Part shown: positions 17,265 to 26,054 of the stretch, in pieces
Numbering within the stretch: the first letter of the stretch is position 1
How the letters are laid out: the number at the start of each line of letters is the position of its first letter
Assembly (NCBI GenBank): GCA_945865405.1
Contig: CAMBDS010000003.1
Coordinates: 143,436-207,435, forward strand
Length of the DNA stretch: 64,000 bases
Reading direction: 5' to 3'
Source of the DNA: Caldithrix abyssi DSM 13497
GTDB taxonomy: Bacteria > Electryoneota > AABM5-125-24 > Hatepunaeales > Hatepunaeaceae
The notes under the pieces: model-generated
Told to the model about the DNA's origin: nothing
What the model saw: the letters and a program-made list of their open reading frames with translations, nothing else
Database searches by the model: none
Translations under genes and position numbers: made by a program

Positions 17265-17844
17265 TGACAAAAAGCATAAACTCGATATCGGCCCATCATA
17301 CTATAAAGCAAAAGATTTTATTGGCCTCGATATTCTTCGGTCAGACGGTGTCGATGTTGTTGGGGACGCACGATGTATGCCTTTGAAAACATCATCTATA
17401 GACGAAATTTATTCAAGTTATTGTTTAGAACATATCGATGACCAGCTTGCTGTGGTCAAAGAGGTTTTTCGTGTCTGTAAACCGGGAGCCATGATCCGGC
17501 TAATATTGCCCCACTTTTCCAATCCCGCCTTTTTTGACGACCTGACACACCAGCGCCTTTACAGCACAAGAAGCTTCGAGCATTATGATCACGATATGCA
17601 CGCCTTGACAGGCTATCCCAATTACCTACCGGAAGTGAACATCAAACTGATCAGCGCCGAGTTACGCTGGTGGCCGCCTCAAATTATCGCCAGAAAAGGC
17701 GTTGGAAAACGGCTGATTCTCAATACCTTGAATGGTATTGTAAACTGGCTGGCAAATGCTCATCCCTTCCTTTGCGAAAGAGTCTGGTGTCGGTGGATTG
17801 GTGGCTTTTACGAGGTTGATTACGTTATGAAAGTGGTTAAATAA
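17257..17844 (+). CDS. Class I SAM-methyltransferase-like protein 2 (tandem paralog)
   Basis: KLDIGPSYYKAKDFIGLDI...GDARCMPLKTSSIDEIYSSYCLEHI...VCKPGAMIRLILPH. Overlaps the previous gene by 8 nt. Both proteins share the C-terminal motif FLCER(F/V)WC(Y/R)W(V/I)GGFYEV. Confidence 0.6.
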   Translation: MPDDKKHKLDIGPSYYKAKDFIGLDILRSDGVDVVGDARCMPLKTSSIDEIYSSYCLEHIDDQLAVVKEVFRVCKPGAMIRLILPHFSNPAFFDDLTHQRLYSTRSFEHYDHDMHALTGYPNYLPEVNIKLISAELRWWPPQIIARKGVGKRLILNTLNGIVNWLANAHPFLCERVWCRWIGGFYEVDYVMKVVK

Positions 17845-17907
17845 GGCAATTTATTTTGCAATACAAGATTGAGATTTTGAATTTACTTAGCTACTCAGGA
17901 GGAAGAA

Positions 17908-20900
17908 ATGTGCTTTCATGCCAGATATTTGTTGATTTTTCTGGTGGTAGTTTTCTCGATAATTAAAGGCGTGGCTTTCGCTGTCGAAGTTCAGGGAGAT
18001 GTGCAGGGAGAGTGGACGCTTGAAAATTCGCCTTACATTGTAATTGACAATGTCCGCGTTCCTGCCCAACGAAATCTGACCATCGAGCCAGGTGTCGAAG
18101 TTCGGTTTAATGAAGCGTTGCGACTTGTGGTAAACGGGACAATAACGGCCGTCGGAAATGAGGATGCTCCTATCACATTTACATGGAATCATGAAGAACA
18201 AATGTGGCGGGGGATAAGAGTTATCGGGTCGAATGGTGAAAACACATTTCAATTTTGTCACTTCTTCCATAGCCTACAAACTGACAACTATCCGACAACT
18301 GATTCACGTGGCGGCGCACTTTATGGCGAGAGATCAAATGTTATCGTCAAAGATTGCCTTTTTCAGTTCAACAAATCGAGCGGAGAAGGTGGCGCTGCCT
18401 GCCTTTATAATTCTACGGGTGAGTTCACAAGAACTAACTTTATTGAAAACTTTGGTTACACGGAAATTGTCTGGCTTGAGCAATGCAATATCCCAGTTAC
18501 ATATTGCCTATTTGCAGACAATACAGGCAATTACTGTGCTGGACTTGAGTTTGAAGGTGGCGATGCACCAATTGAAAACAATGTCTTCGTCCGCAACAGA
18601 TCTATAGATATGAATTGGGGCAACGGTATCTATCTTGTTCATGGTGCCCGGCCTATTGTGCGAAATAACTTGATTGCTGATAATATCGGCGCCGGGGGGA
18701 TGTTTATCGGCTACGACGCTGAACCGCAAATTTTCTCCCAAAATACGATTATCAACAACACCGGCAGATGCGGCATCTTCATGGTGAATGGCGGTCGTCT
18801 GAATGCTGTTGACTGCATTATCCGCGATAACCAAGGCCCGGACATTGAGCTTTCCAACGGGAGTGCTTCTATTAGCTACTCCAACATTAGCCGAGTCGAT
18901 GGTTTCGATGTTGGCGAAGGAGTTATCGAAGATGACCCCCTCTTTACTGACCCCGAAAATGGTGACTACAGCCTCCAGTTAGAATCTCCCTGCCGCGATA
19001 CAGGTGACCCCAACTCCCCCGAAGACCCCGACGGAACTCGCGCCGACATGGGCGTTTTCTTTTCGTTGCCTGCACAATTCGAAATTTCTCGCGACACGAT
19101 CCTCTTTGAACCGGTCGGAATTGGCGGTCGAGCCGTCGAAGAATTCCAACTCGAATACCTCGATGGCGCTCATCGCGAGATTTTTCTCCAATTCAGGCCC
19201 GGCGAAGAAGACGATTTCTTTTTCGTAAGCCCTGGTGAAGAGACTATTGAGTTGGGCGATATACTCGACCTCAGTGTGATCGTTCAACCAGCTCGGGGAG
19301 ATGCAATCGGTGTCAGACACGGATCAATCGAAATCTTCTATGACGAACGACCAAACCCGTTTATTTTCATTCCGGTCGAATGTACAATTGTCGAAGGCTA
19401 CGGTCGGATTTACGGGCAGGCTATCGACGCTCAATCGATGAGGCCCGTTCCCGGAACAAGACTGCTATTGGAAGGCTTCCCTGAACATCCCTACGAAATA
19501 CTTGCTGATGAGAACGGAGAAATCGATCTTCCCAACATACCTTGTTGGAGCTATCTGGCTACAATCACCCACCCCGATTTCCAGACAATAGTCTCTGATT
19601 CGATTTTCCTCCAACCGGGCGAGGAGCTTGAATTAGACATGTTGCTCCGGTATTCTGCCGCAGTAATAGACATTGAGGAACTTGCTGTCGAAATCGAGGT
19701 AGATCACGATACCACCCGTCAACTGACACTGGGCAACACTGGCAGCGCCGACCTAACGTTTAACGTCAGCGTCACTTTTCCAGAAGTAGAAGATTTAGAA
19801 TATCTCGCATTGACCGAAACGGTCGGCATCGAGCAACTTCTTCAAGACTCACGCATCCAGGGGCTGGAAGTTGTCGGAGACAAACTTTACGTCTGCGGTG
19901 GCAACAATGGCGAAGGAACAGGTAAGGTTTACGTGCTTGATACTGACTATAATCTTCTCGAAGAGTTCTATCAATTTATGCCATCCAATTTCGGATTTCG
20001 TGACATGACGTGGGATGGGGAGTTACTTTGGGGTATAGATCAGGGGATCGTTTTTGGCTTTACTCGCGAGGGCCAGCTACTTCATCAATTTGACAGTCCT
20101 GCTGTTCCCGGTCGAAACATTACCTACGATATGGAGCAGAACCTTTTCTGGATCTCGGACGTTACTGCCGACTACTTTTCTGTAGATCGTGGAGGAAATG
20201 TGACTCAACGGATCCAACGTCCTGCTTCGAGAGTTTACGGGATCTCTTGTCTGCCTTCCGACCCTGACAGTGCCAGGCTCTACCTCTTTGCCAACGACCC
20301 GGGCCATCCCCACCAACTGAATAAGCTCAATACTGAAACCGGAGAAGTGACCTTAATTGGGGACCTCGATGCGGGAGGCTCAACCGCAGGAGCGACCTCT
20401 TTTTCAAGCAACTGGTCTCCGATAAATCTTCAATTTGTCGCTCTGTTGAAAAACGGGATCGATGGCGATGGTAACGACCAGATCGGTTTCTTTCATTTGG
20501 AAACACGAAAGGAATGGATAAAAGTCTCGCCAATGGAAGGCTTTGTCGCACCAGCCGACGAGTTCAACCTCGAGCTGACCTTCGACGCGACGAATTTCTC
20601 GGTGGCTCGCCTAAACGCGCTGGTGAATATCGCTCACAATGGACGTGGCGATACGTTGACAGTGCCAGTGGAGCTTACCATCCGACCCAACGACGTCGAT
20701 CGCTTCGACCCTCGTGCAGACATTCCCTCGAAATTCGCTCTTCATGCCGCCACCCCCAACCCGTTCAACAGCACGACTACGATCCGATTCGACGTGCCTG
20801 CGACGAGCGAAGTGTTGCTTCAAGTCTTCGACCTGCAAGGCCGTGTAGCGAGAACTCTGGTCAGCGGTAGGCGTCAAGCGGGCGTCTATCAAGCGATCTG

Positions 20901-20991
20901 GGAAGCTGGCGATGCTCCCGCCGGAACGTACATCTGCCGCATGGAGGCGGCCGGGTTCCAGAAGACTGTGAAGCTGATGCTGGTGAAATAG
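17908..20991 (+). CDS. Right-handed parallel beta-helix protein with propeller-like tail and T9SS sorting domain (1027 aa)
   Basis: AGGAGG SD, then a signal peptide. Beta-helix turns (IVKDCLFQFNKSSGEGGAA; IENNVFVRNRS; IVRNNLIADNIGAGG; FSQNTIINNTGRCG; CIIRDNQG). The tail is homologous to the C25 paralogs (MTWDGELLWGID...). The C-terminal domain reads TPNPFNSTTTIRFDV...FDLQGRV...GTYICRMEAAGFQKTVKLMLVK. Confidence 0.85.
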   Translation: MCFHARYLLIFLVVVFSIIKGVAFAVEVQGDVQGEWTLENSPYIVIDNVRVPAQRNLTIEPGVEVRFNEALRLVVNGTITAVGNEDAPITFTWNHEEQMWRGIRVIGSNGENTFQFCHFFHSLQTDNYPTTDSRGGALYGERSNVIVKDCLFQFNKSSGEGGAACLYNSTGEFTRTNFIENFGYTEIVWLEQCNIPVTYCLFADNTGNYCAGLEFEGGDAPIENNVFVRNRSIDMNWGNGIYLVHGARPIVRNNLIADNIGAGGMFIGYDAEPQIFSQNTIINNTGRCGIFMVNGGRLNAVDCIIRDNQGPDIELSNGSASISYSNISRVDGFDVGEGVIEDDPLFTDPENGDYSLQLESPCRDTGDPNSPEDPDGTRADMGVFFSLPAQFEISRDTILFEPVGIGGRAVEEFQLEYLDGAHREIFLQFRPGEEDDFFFVSPGEETIELGDILDLSVIVQPARGDAIGVRHGSIEIFYDERPNPFIFIPVECTIVEGYGRIYGQAIDAQSMRPVPGTRLLLEGFPEHPYEILADENGEIDLPNIPCWSYLATITHPDFQTIVSDSIFLQPGEELELDMLLRYSAAVIDIEELAVEIEVDHDTTRQLTLGNTGSADLTFNVSVTFPEVEDLEYLALTETVGIEQLLQDSRIQGLEVVGDKLYVCGGNNGEGTGKVYVLDTDYNLLEEFYQFMPSNFGFRDMTWDGELLWGIDQGIVFGFTREGQLLHQFDSPAVPGRNITYDMEQNLFWISDVTADYFSVDRGGNVTQRIQRPASRVYGISCLPSDPDSARLYLFANDPGHPHQLNKLNTETGEVTLIGDLDAGGSTAGATSFSSNWSPINLQFVALLKNGIDGDGNDQIGFFHLETRKEWIKVSPMEGFVAPADEFNLELTFDATNFSVARLNALVNIAHNGRGDTLTVPVELTIRPNDVDRFDPRADIPSKFALHAATPNPFNSTTTIRFDVPATSEVLLQVFDLQGRVARTLVSGRRQAGVYQAIWEAGDAPAGTYICRMEAAGFQKTVKLMLVK

Positions 20992-21022
20992 TTTTCACGG
21001 CCGCCTAGCTGTCAAAACATTG

Positions 21023-21048
21023 TAGGGGCGCATTGCAATGCGCCCCTA
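21023..21048. terminator. Perfect 26-nt palindrome between convergent genes
   Basis: taggggcgcattgcaatgcgccccta is its own reverse complement. It lies between the 20991 stop (+) and the 21072 stop (-). Confidence 0.6.
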
Positions 21049-21071
21049 TTCATTTCTACGTATTGCCCCCC

Positions 21072-21926
21072 CTACTCCACACGCTTCATATAAACATTGA
21101 TCGACTTCCTCGAAATGCCTGAGAAAATCCCTAACCCGCCATGGATATTGCAGATGGGCCTGTCAGCCATCCCCTGCCGGATCCTGAACGAGCTGAAAAG
21201 GTAATCGTAGTAACTCTTTGAGACGGCTTGTAGTTCGATGCGCGTCGGGCCCTCCCATTGGAAGAAAATCCACGCTATCGAAATCCTCCGCTGATCTTCA
21301 CGCATCACTGTAAAGTTGGCACGCTGACGCTCCTCCATCTTTACCGAGTCTGTCGCCGCGTCCCAATCCGGGTCGAGCGGCACCAAACTATCACGGTCAG
21401 TCAAAGCCACAATCGTTCCGGCATAACCTCCCGCTGATTCGGTGGCGGGCCACTCCCAGAACATGAGCGGGTCTTCACGAGTCAATGTGTCGCCATCCTG
21501 CACATCGTAGCGCTGTCCGGGAACGTCCATCAAGTACACGTCGAGGTCGGTGAAGGTGTCAGGAACAACCGTCTCCGCCCAGAGGAATTCATTCGACGGA
21601 GTCATCGCCTCGATACGATAGTTGACCCTACCGCGAGGGATTAGAAACTGATTAGCCTCGGGGATGTAACGCCCGTGGAAGCCCGGGTCTTCAACCATGT
21701 TCAGCGTATCTCCCCCGCCCATAATGCGTATTGAGGCGTTCCTGATGCCAGCATTTTGCGGGTCGTAGGCAGGATTGAACGTCGCGATGCGCTCCAGATA
21801 GACTGCCTCGACTGGTTCACCATTGTAGAGGTAGGCGCTAAACACTGGTTCGGGGGTGTAGCGAGCAACCTCAGTCGGAGTGTTTTCGCAACCAATGAAA
21901 AGAGTAACGATAGCTATGAATGCCAT
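21072..21926 (-). CDS. Lipoprotein partner of the TonB-dependent receptor (DUF4249-like by synteny)
   Basis: MAFIAIVTLFIGC lipobox at the internal ATG 21926. The track start at 22013 adds 29 aa (MNYELRITNYECNDRITNCEL...) that are encoded by a heptamer repeat. The gene sits directly downstream of a CarboxypepD_reg TonB receptor. Confidence 0.5.
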   Translation of the reverse strand: MAFIAIVTLFIGCENTPTEVARYTPEPVFSAYLYNGEPVEAVYLERIATFNPAYDPQNAGIRNASIRIMGGGDTLNMVEDPGFHGRYIPEANQFLIPRGRVNYRIEAMTPSNEFLWAETVVPDTFTDLDVYLMDVPGQRYDVQDGDTLTREDPLMFWEWPATESAGGYAGTIVALTDRDSLVPLDPDWDAATDSVKMEERQRANFTVMREDQRRISIAWIFFQWEGPTRIELQAVSKSYYDYLFSSFRIRQGMADRPICNIHGGLGIFSGISRKSINVYMKRVE

Positions 21927-21950
21927 TGAAGACTTCAGATAGCGCCAAAC

Positions 21951-22010
21951 TAATTCGCAATTCGTAATTCTATCATTACATTCGTAATTCGTAATTCGTA
22001 ATTCGTAATT
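21951..22010 (-). repeat. Heptanucleotide tandem repeat (AATTACG)n
   Basis: The minus strand reads ATG-(AATTACG)x4-AATGTAATGATAG-AATTACG-AATTGCG-AATTAG. The four perfect copies are at 21983..22010. Confidence 0.85.
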
Positions 22011-22012
22011 CA

Positions 22013-24286
22013 TTAAAATTTCACCTCATAGCTGGCAAGTGGAAGGATCGGGAGGAGCTTGACGTAGTCTGTCTCCATCTTAAACGTATCGACGCTGTAA
22101 AGCCAATAGCTCCTGCGGCTGTACAAATTGAATATCGACATGTTCACTTTTGCCGGGTGGCCGAAGAAGGTGTGGTTGTAAGTTAAAGTTACATCGAGCC
22201 GGTGATCGTCGGGGAAGCGGTAGTTGTGCTTCGATCCGGGAAGGCTCATGCGTCCCTCGTCAGCGAAGTCGTACGGATCCATTCCTGCGTAGTACATAGT
22301 ATAAACACCTTTGGTTTGGGTAAAGCCCTGGCCGGTATTGTAGCGCCACGAACCCGCCATCTCCCATCGCTCGTTAAAAGCGTAATTCCCGACCGCGATA
22401 AAGTCGTGCCGACGATCCCACTTCGGATAAAACCATTCACCCTGATTAATCTGCGATTCCGGGAACCGTCGCTTGGTCCACGACAGCGAATACCCCGCCC
22501 AACCTGTCACCCTCCCGAGCTTTTTCATCAGCATCGCCTCCCAACCATAAGCAACACCGTGACCGATAACGAATGCGTCTTGAGCAGAAATGCTTTTGTC
22601 GGTCATGGCGTCGAAGCTGGTGATGTTCTTCATCTCGGTGTAATAGGCTTCGGTTGTCAACTCCAACCCGTCCTCGCGGTCCCATTCACAGCCGATTATA
22701 TACTGATCGGCTCGCGAAGGCTCCATTGACTCATCAACAGGGATCCAGAGGTCGAAGTTGGTGAAGCCTTCGCCAAAAGTGATCAGATTCATCCACTGTG
22801 TATATTGCCCGGCAGTGAATTTGAACCTAAGCCTTGGGTCATAGTGAAAGACTGTGCTGAGGCGGGGATCGAGGGCGGAATGTTTACCAGCCTCGTGGTA
22901 GTAGGCCCTGACGCCCGGTTGCAACTCCCAGAACGATCCGACGCGCCATGAGTCCTGAACGTATGCGGAATAATTGTTGGTAGTCTCATCGACATCGACG
23001 AAGGTGAGGTCTTCGTTGCCCTCAATGAAACGGATATCGTAGCGGCTGATCCAGTATCCGACCTTGATCTTGTGACCTTCGATCCCGTGGTATTCGGCGT
23101 CGCCTTTCAACGATAAGTCCCGCATTTCATCCTGCCCATCGTCCAGTAGCACATCTTCGGTGCCAACGCGCCAGTGCGAGTTGTACTTGCTGATCGCGAC
23201 CGATCCTGAGACATAAAGATCGCGGTTCATTGCGTGGCGGAGCCTTGCCGAAAGTGTCTTGTTGCCCCACTCCAAGCTGAACTTAAGCCGCTCGTCGGAA
23301 GGCCCAAAACCGAAGTCCAATACATCGTCGCCAAAGTAACCCGCGACGGTCAGTGTAGTGCGGTCGCTGATATCGAGGTTGATTTTGCCGTTAGCATCGT
23401 AGAAGAAATAGTCAGGCAGATCGGTGTCGAGCGAACTCCTCATTGCCGCAAGCATCGGGTCGAAGTAGGTGCGTCTGCCAGAAAAGGCGTACGAACCGCG
23501 ACCACCCGGCAAAGGTCCCTCGTAAGCGGCTTTGGCGGAGACAACGCCAATCGAGACCAAACCCTGACGCTTTTTACGGTTGCCTTCGTTGGTGACGACC
23601 TCCAGAACCGAGCCGCTTCTGCCGCCATACTCGGCGGGAAAGCCACCCTTGATAAGCTCAAGATGTTTGACCGCATCAGCGTTGAAGGTGCTGAAGATGC
23701 CGAACATGTGGGAAGGATTATAGACTACGTTGTGATCCATCAGGATCAACGTCTGCTCAGGTGAACCACCTCGAACATAGAGTGCCGAGGAGATGTCAGA
23801 TGATGCTTTCACGCCCGGAATCGTCTGCAAGGCACGCATGACATCCATCTCCGCACCGAGAGATGGCATCGACTTGATGAGCTTGCCATCGACCGGGACG
23901 GTTGAGACACGGGGTGAATTGCGCCGGTCGTCGGTCTGTTCCCGCTTGGTTGTGACGACTGATTCAGCCAGGATAAGTCCCTTGCGGACAAGTTCGACCC
24001 GAAGCGGCTTCTGATCTCCGCCAGTTTTGGCATTTAGCGTCGTGGTTTCGTAGCCGAGATAGGTGACGCTGAGGCGACATGTGCCCTCTTTCAGGTTGGT
24101 CAGGACAAAGTAACCATCAAGGTTGGTCGTTGCGCCAATATCGGTACCTTCGACCATGACGGAAGCCACCGGGAGTGGCTCGGAGGATGCCGCATCGATT
24201 ACGAAGCCGCGGATCTGGGCGGCTTCGGCGAAGGTGCAAGAGAGTAGCACCAATATCGTTATGACTATGAAGCGAACCTGTTTCAA
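22013..24286 (-). CDS. TonB-dependent outer-membrane receptor with N-terminal CarboxypepD_reg domain
   Basis: Signal peptide. IRGFVIDAASSEPLPVASVMVEGTDIGATTNLDGYFVLTNL. Plug domain (MDVMRALQTIPGVKASSD...LYVRGGSPEQTLILMDHNVVYNP...IELIKGGFPAEYGG). C-terminal ...ASYEVKF. Confidence 0.9.
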   Translation of the reverse strand: MKQVRFIVITILVLLSCTFAEAAQIRGFVIDAASSEPLPVASVMVEGTDIGATTNLDGYFVLTNLKEGTCRLSVTYLGYETTTLNAKTGGDQKPLRVELVRKGLILAESVVTTKREQTDDRRNSPRVSTVPVDGKLIKSMPSLGAEMDVMRALQTIPGVKASSDISSALYVRGGSPEQTLILMDHNVVYNPSHMFGIFSTFNADAVKHLELIKGGFPAEYGGRSGSVLEVVTNEGNRKKRQGLVSIGVVSAKAAYEGPLPGGRGSYAFSGRRTYFDPMLAAMRSSLDTDLPDYFFYDANGKINLDISDRTTLTVAGYFGDDVLDFGFGPSDERLKFSLEWGNKTLSARLRHAMNRDLYVSGSVAISKYNSHWRVGTEDVLLDDGQDEMRDLSLKGDAEYHGIEGHKIKVGYWISRYDIRFIEGNEDLTFVDVDETTNNYSAYVQDSWRVGSFWELQPGVRAYYHEAGKHSALDPRLSTVFHYDPRLRFKFTAGQYTQWMNLITFGEGFTNFDLWIPVDESMEPSRADQYIIGCEWDREDGLELTTEAYYTEMKNITSFDAMTDKSISAQDAFVIGHGVAYGWEAMLMKKLGRVTGWAGYSLSWTKRRFPESQINQGEWFYPKWDRRHDFIAVGNYAFNERWEMAGSWRYNTGQGFTQTKGVYTMYYAGMDPYDFADEGRMSLPGSKHNYRFPDDHRLDVTLTYNHTFFGHPAKVNMSIFNLYSRRSYWLYSVDTFKMETDYVKLLPILPLASYEVKF

Positions 24287-24401
24287 TTATTGCTACCTGA
24301 TTTTGATAAGGGGCTGAAATTGGTCAGTTAAATTTATGAAAAAATTAGGCAATCTACCAATGGGAAATTATAAACCATTATCTTTGGTGACAAAATAGAA
24401 T

Positions 24402-25622
24402 TCACTTCATGGCTTTCAATTCTTTAGCCCAAATCAACCCGATCAGCCCGCACAATCCTCCGCCGATGCCGATGCTGAAAAAGAGGATTCTCGCTCCGTA
24501 CAGATCAAGCGCTACCCCGGCAAGTCCTGCCGAAATCGCCGACATACCGACGACGGCGATGTTCACCAACGCGAAAATCTGCCCCGTCATTTCGCGAGGG
24601 ACGAGAGACTGAATAATCGACGCGCGACTTACCGTCAACATCGGAATCGCAAGCGAGTGGATGATGATCGTTATCTCCAGCGCCAACAGAGACTGAACCC
24701 AGAAGATCGGGATAAATGTAATCCCGTCCAACACCATTCCCACCAATAATACCTTCCCTTTGGGTAGATTTTTCCCCAACCATAACAGCAACCCTATCCC
24801 GATCAGCATACCGATAGCGTAACAACCTTCGATCAGGGCGAACGAGTCTGCGCCGAGTCCAAGATCGTGCTTGATGAATACAGGCGTGCCGACAATCGCA
24901 GGGCCCATTATGAAGATATTGTCGGCGATGGTGATCAATAATAACGGGCCGATAACCTTGTCTTTGGCGGCGAAGCGAAGACCGTGAAGGATGTCGGACC
25001 AACGATTACGGGGATGGTGGACATCTGTAGGTCGGTCAGCTGGCACCACCCTCATTGCAAGTATAGTCCCCAGCGAGAAAGCATAAGTTGCCGCGGCGGC
25101 CCAAAAAAGCGGGATCTTGCCGAAATAAAAGAGTACCCAACCGGCAATCCCTGGCCCGATCAACATCGATAGCTGCCACGATGTCTGGATCAACGAATTT
25201 GCGCGAACAAGGCCTGATTCTGGCACGATCTGTGGCACAATAGCATCACGAGCCGGATTAAAAAACGTCGCCGCTATCGCTATTGCAAACGCGTTTAACC
25301 CCAAAAATAGAGGCGTTATGCCATCTGTCAATGCCAACAGCGGAACCGCCAACACCAACAGCAGTCTTGCGCTATCAGCAACAATCATAACTCGCAGCCG
25401 GTTGTGCCGGTCGGCGATCACTCCAGCAAGCAAGCTGAAGATTACCGCAGGTAGGTATGACGCCATCGCAACGAGACCGGTCGCTGTCTCCGACCCGGTC
25501 AACTCAAGCGTGATCCAGAGCAGTCCGATCTGGTAAATCGAATCGCCGCTCTGCGACGCCATCTGTCCGAGCCAAAGGAACGTCAGATTGCTATTTTGAA
25601 AAATCCGTTTAAGCAGTGGCAC
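24402..25622 (-). CDS. MFS transporter
   Basis: 406 aa with about 12 hydrophobic helices. N-terminal FLWLGQMASQSGDSIYQIGLLW and a DRHNR loop, typical of the MFS_3/enterobactin-exporter-like group. GTG start. Confidence 0.85.
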   Translation of the reverse strand: MPLLKRIFQNSNLTFLWLGQMASQSGDSIYQIGLLWITLELTGSETATGLVAMASYLPAVIFSLLAGVIADRHNRLRVMIVADSARLLLVLAVPLLALTDGITPLFLGLNAFAIAIAATFFNPARDAIVPQIVPESGLVRANSLIQTSWQLSMLIGPGIAGWVLFYFGKIPLFWAAAATYAFSLGTILAMRVVPADRPTDVHHPRNRWSDILHGLRFAAKDKVIGPLLLITIADNIFIMGPAIVGTPVFIKHDLGLGADSFALIEGCYAIGMLIGIGLLLWLGKNLPKGKVLLVGMVLDGITFIPIFWVQSLLALEITIIIHSLAIPMLTVSRASIIQSLVPREMTGQIFALVNIAVVGMSAISAGLAGVALDLYGARILFFSIGIGGGLCGLIGLIWAKELKAMK

Positions 25623-25624
25623 CT

Positions 25625-25710
25625 TCTTCTTGGAGGGCGGACTTTTAGTCCGCTCTCGCGTAGGATAAGCGTCTCGCTTGTCTTCTCGGAGGATGGATTT
25701 TAATCCGCTT
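25625..25710. repeat. Two diverged copies of a ~30-nt hairpin unit
   Basis: tcttcttggagggcggacttttagtccgct (25625-25654) versus tcttctcggaggatggattttaatccgct (25681-25709). Stem pair C42-G48 in copy 1 becomes T98-A03 in copy 2. Confidence 0.65.
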
Positions 25711-25736
25711 GTTTAGCTGAAGCGAGCATCAGATGT

Positions 25737-25763
25737 TCCGTCAGGTCTTAAAGACCTGACGGA
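25737..25763. repeat. Near-perfect 27-nt palindromic hairpin
   Basis: tccgtcaggtctt-a-aagacctgacgga. Located in the divergent MFS / C25-paralog-2 intergenic region. Confidence 0.65.
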
Positions 25764-26054
25764 GCCCATAACAAAACTAAACTATTACTTTACCACCCAA
25801 AATATAGCATCGGAAAGTGACTAAATAAGTTGACAAAAGCTCATAATTATGGTTATTTTATTTGGTTATAGACTGGAACAATAAATTCCAGTTCCATACT
25901 CGCGTACCGTCTTTTCAAGCAGATTTTCCGAACCGAAATATACGAGATTTTTCCATACAAAAACCGACGATCCGACGTATCACCTTATCACCATACCAAT
26001 TACTCAACAGCGCTGGCTGTCAATTTCACTACAAGTCAACCATTTGGGAGAGAA

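Noticed and set aside
21951-22010. CRISPR array or coding 'NYELRITNYE' peptide repeat
   Set aside because: The units are 7 nt with no spacers, so this is not CRISPR. The peptide repeat is a by-product of reading a heptamer array, and the lipoprotein has its own start and signal peptide downstream.
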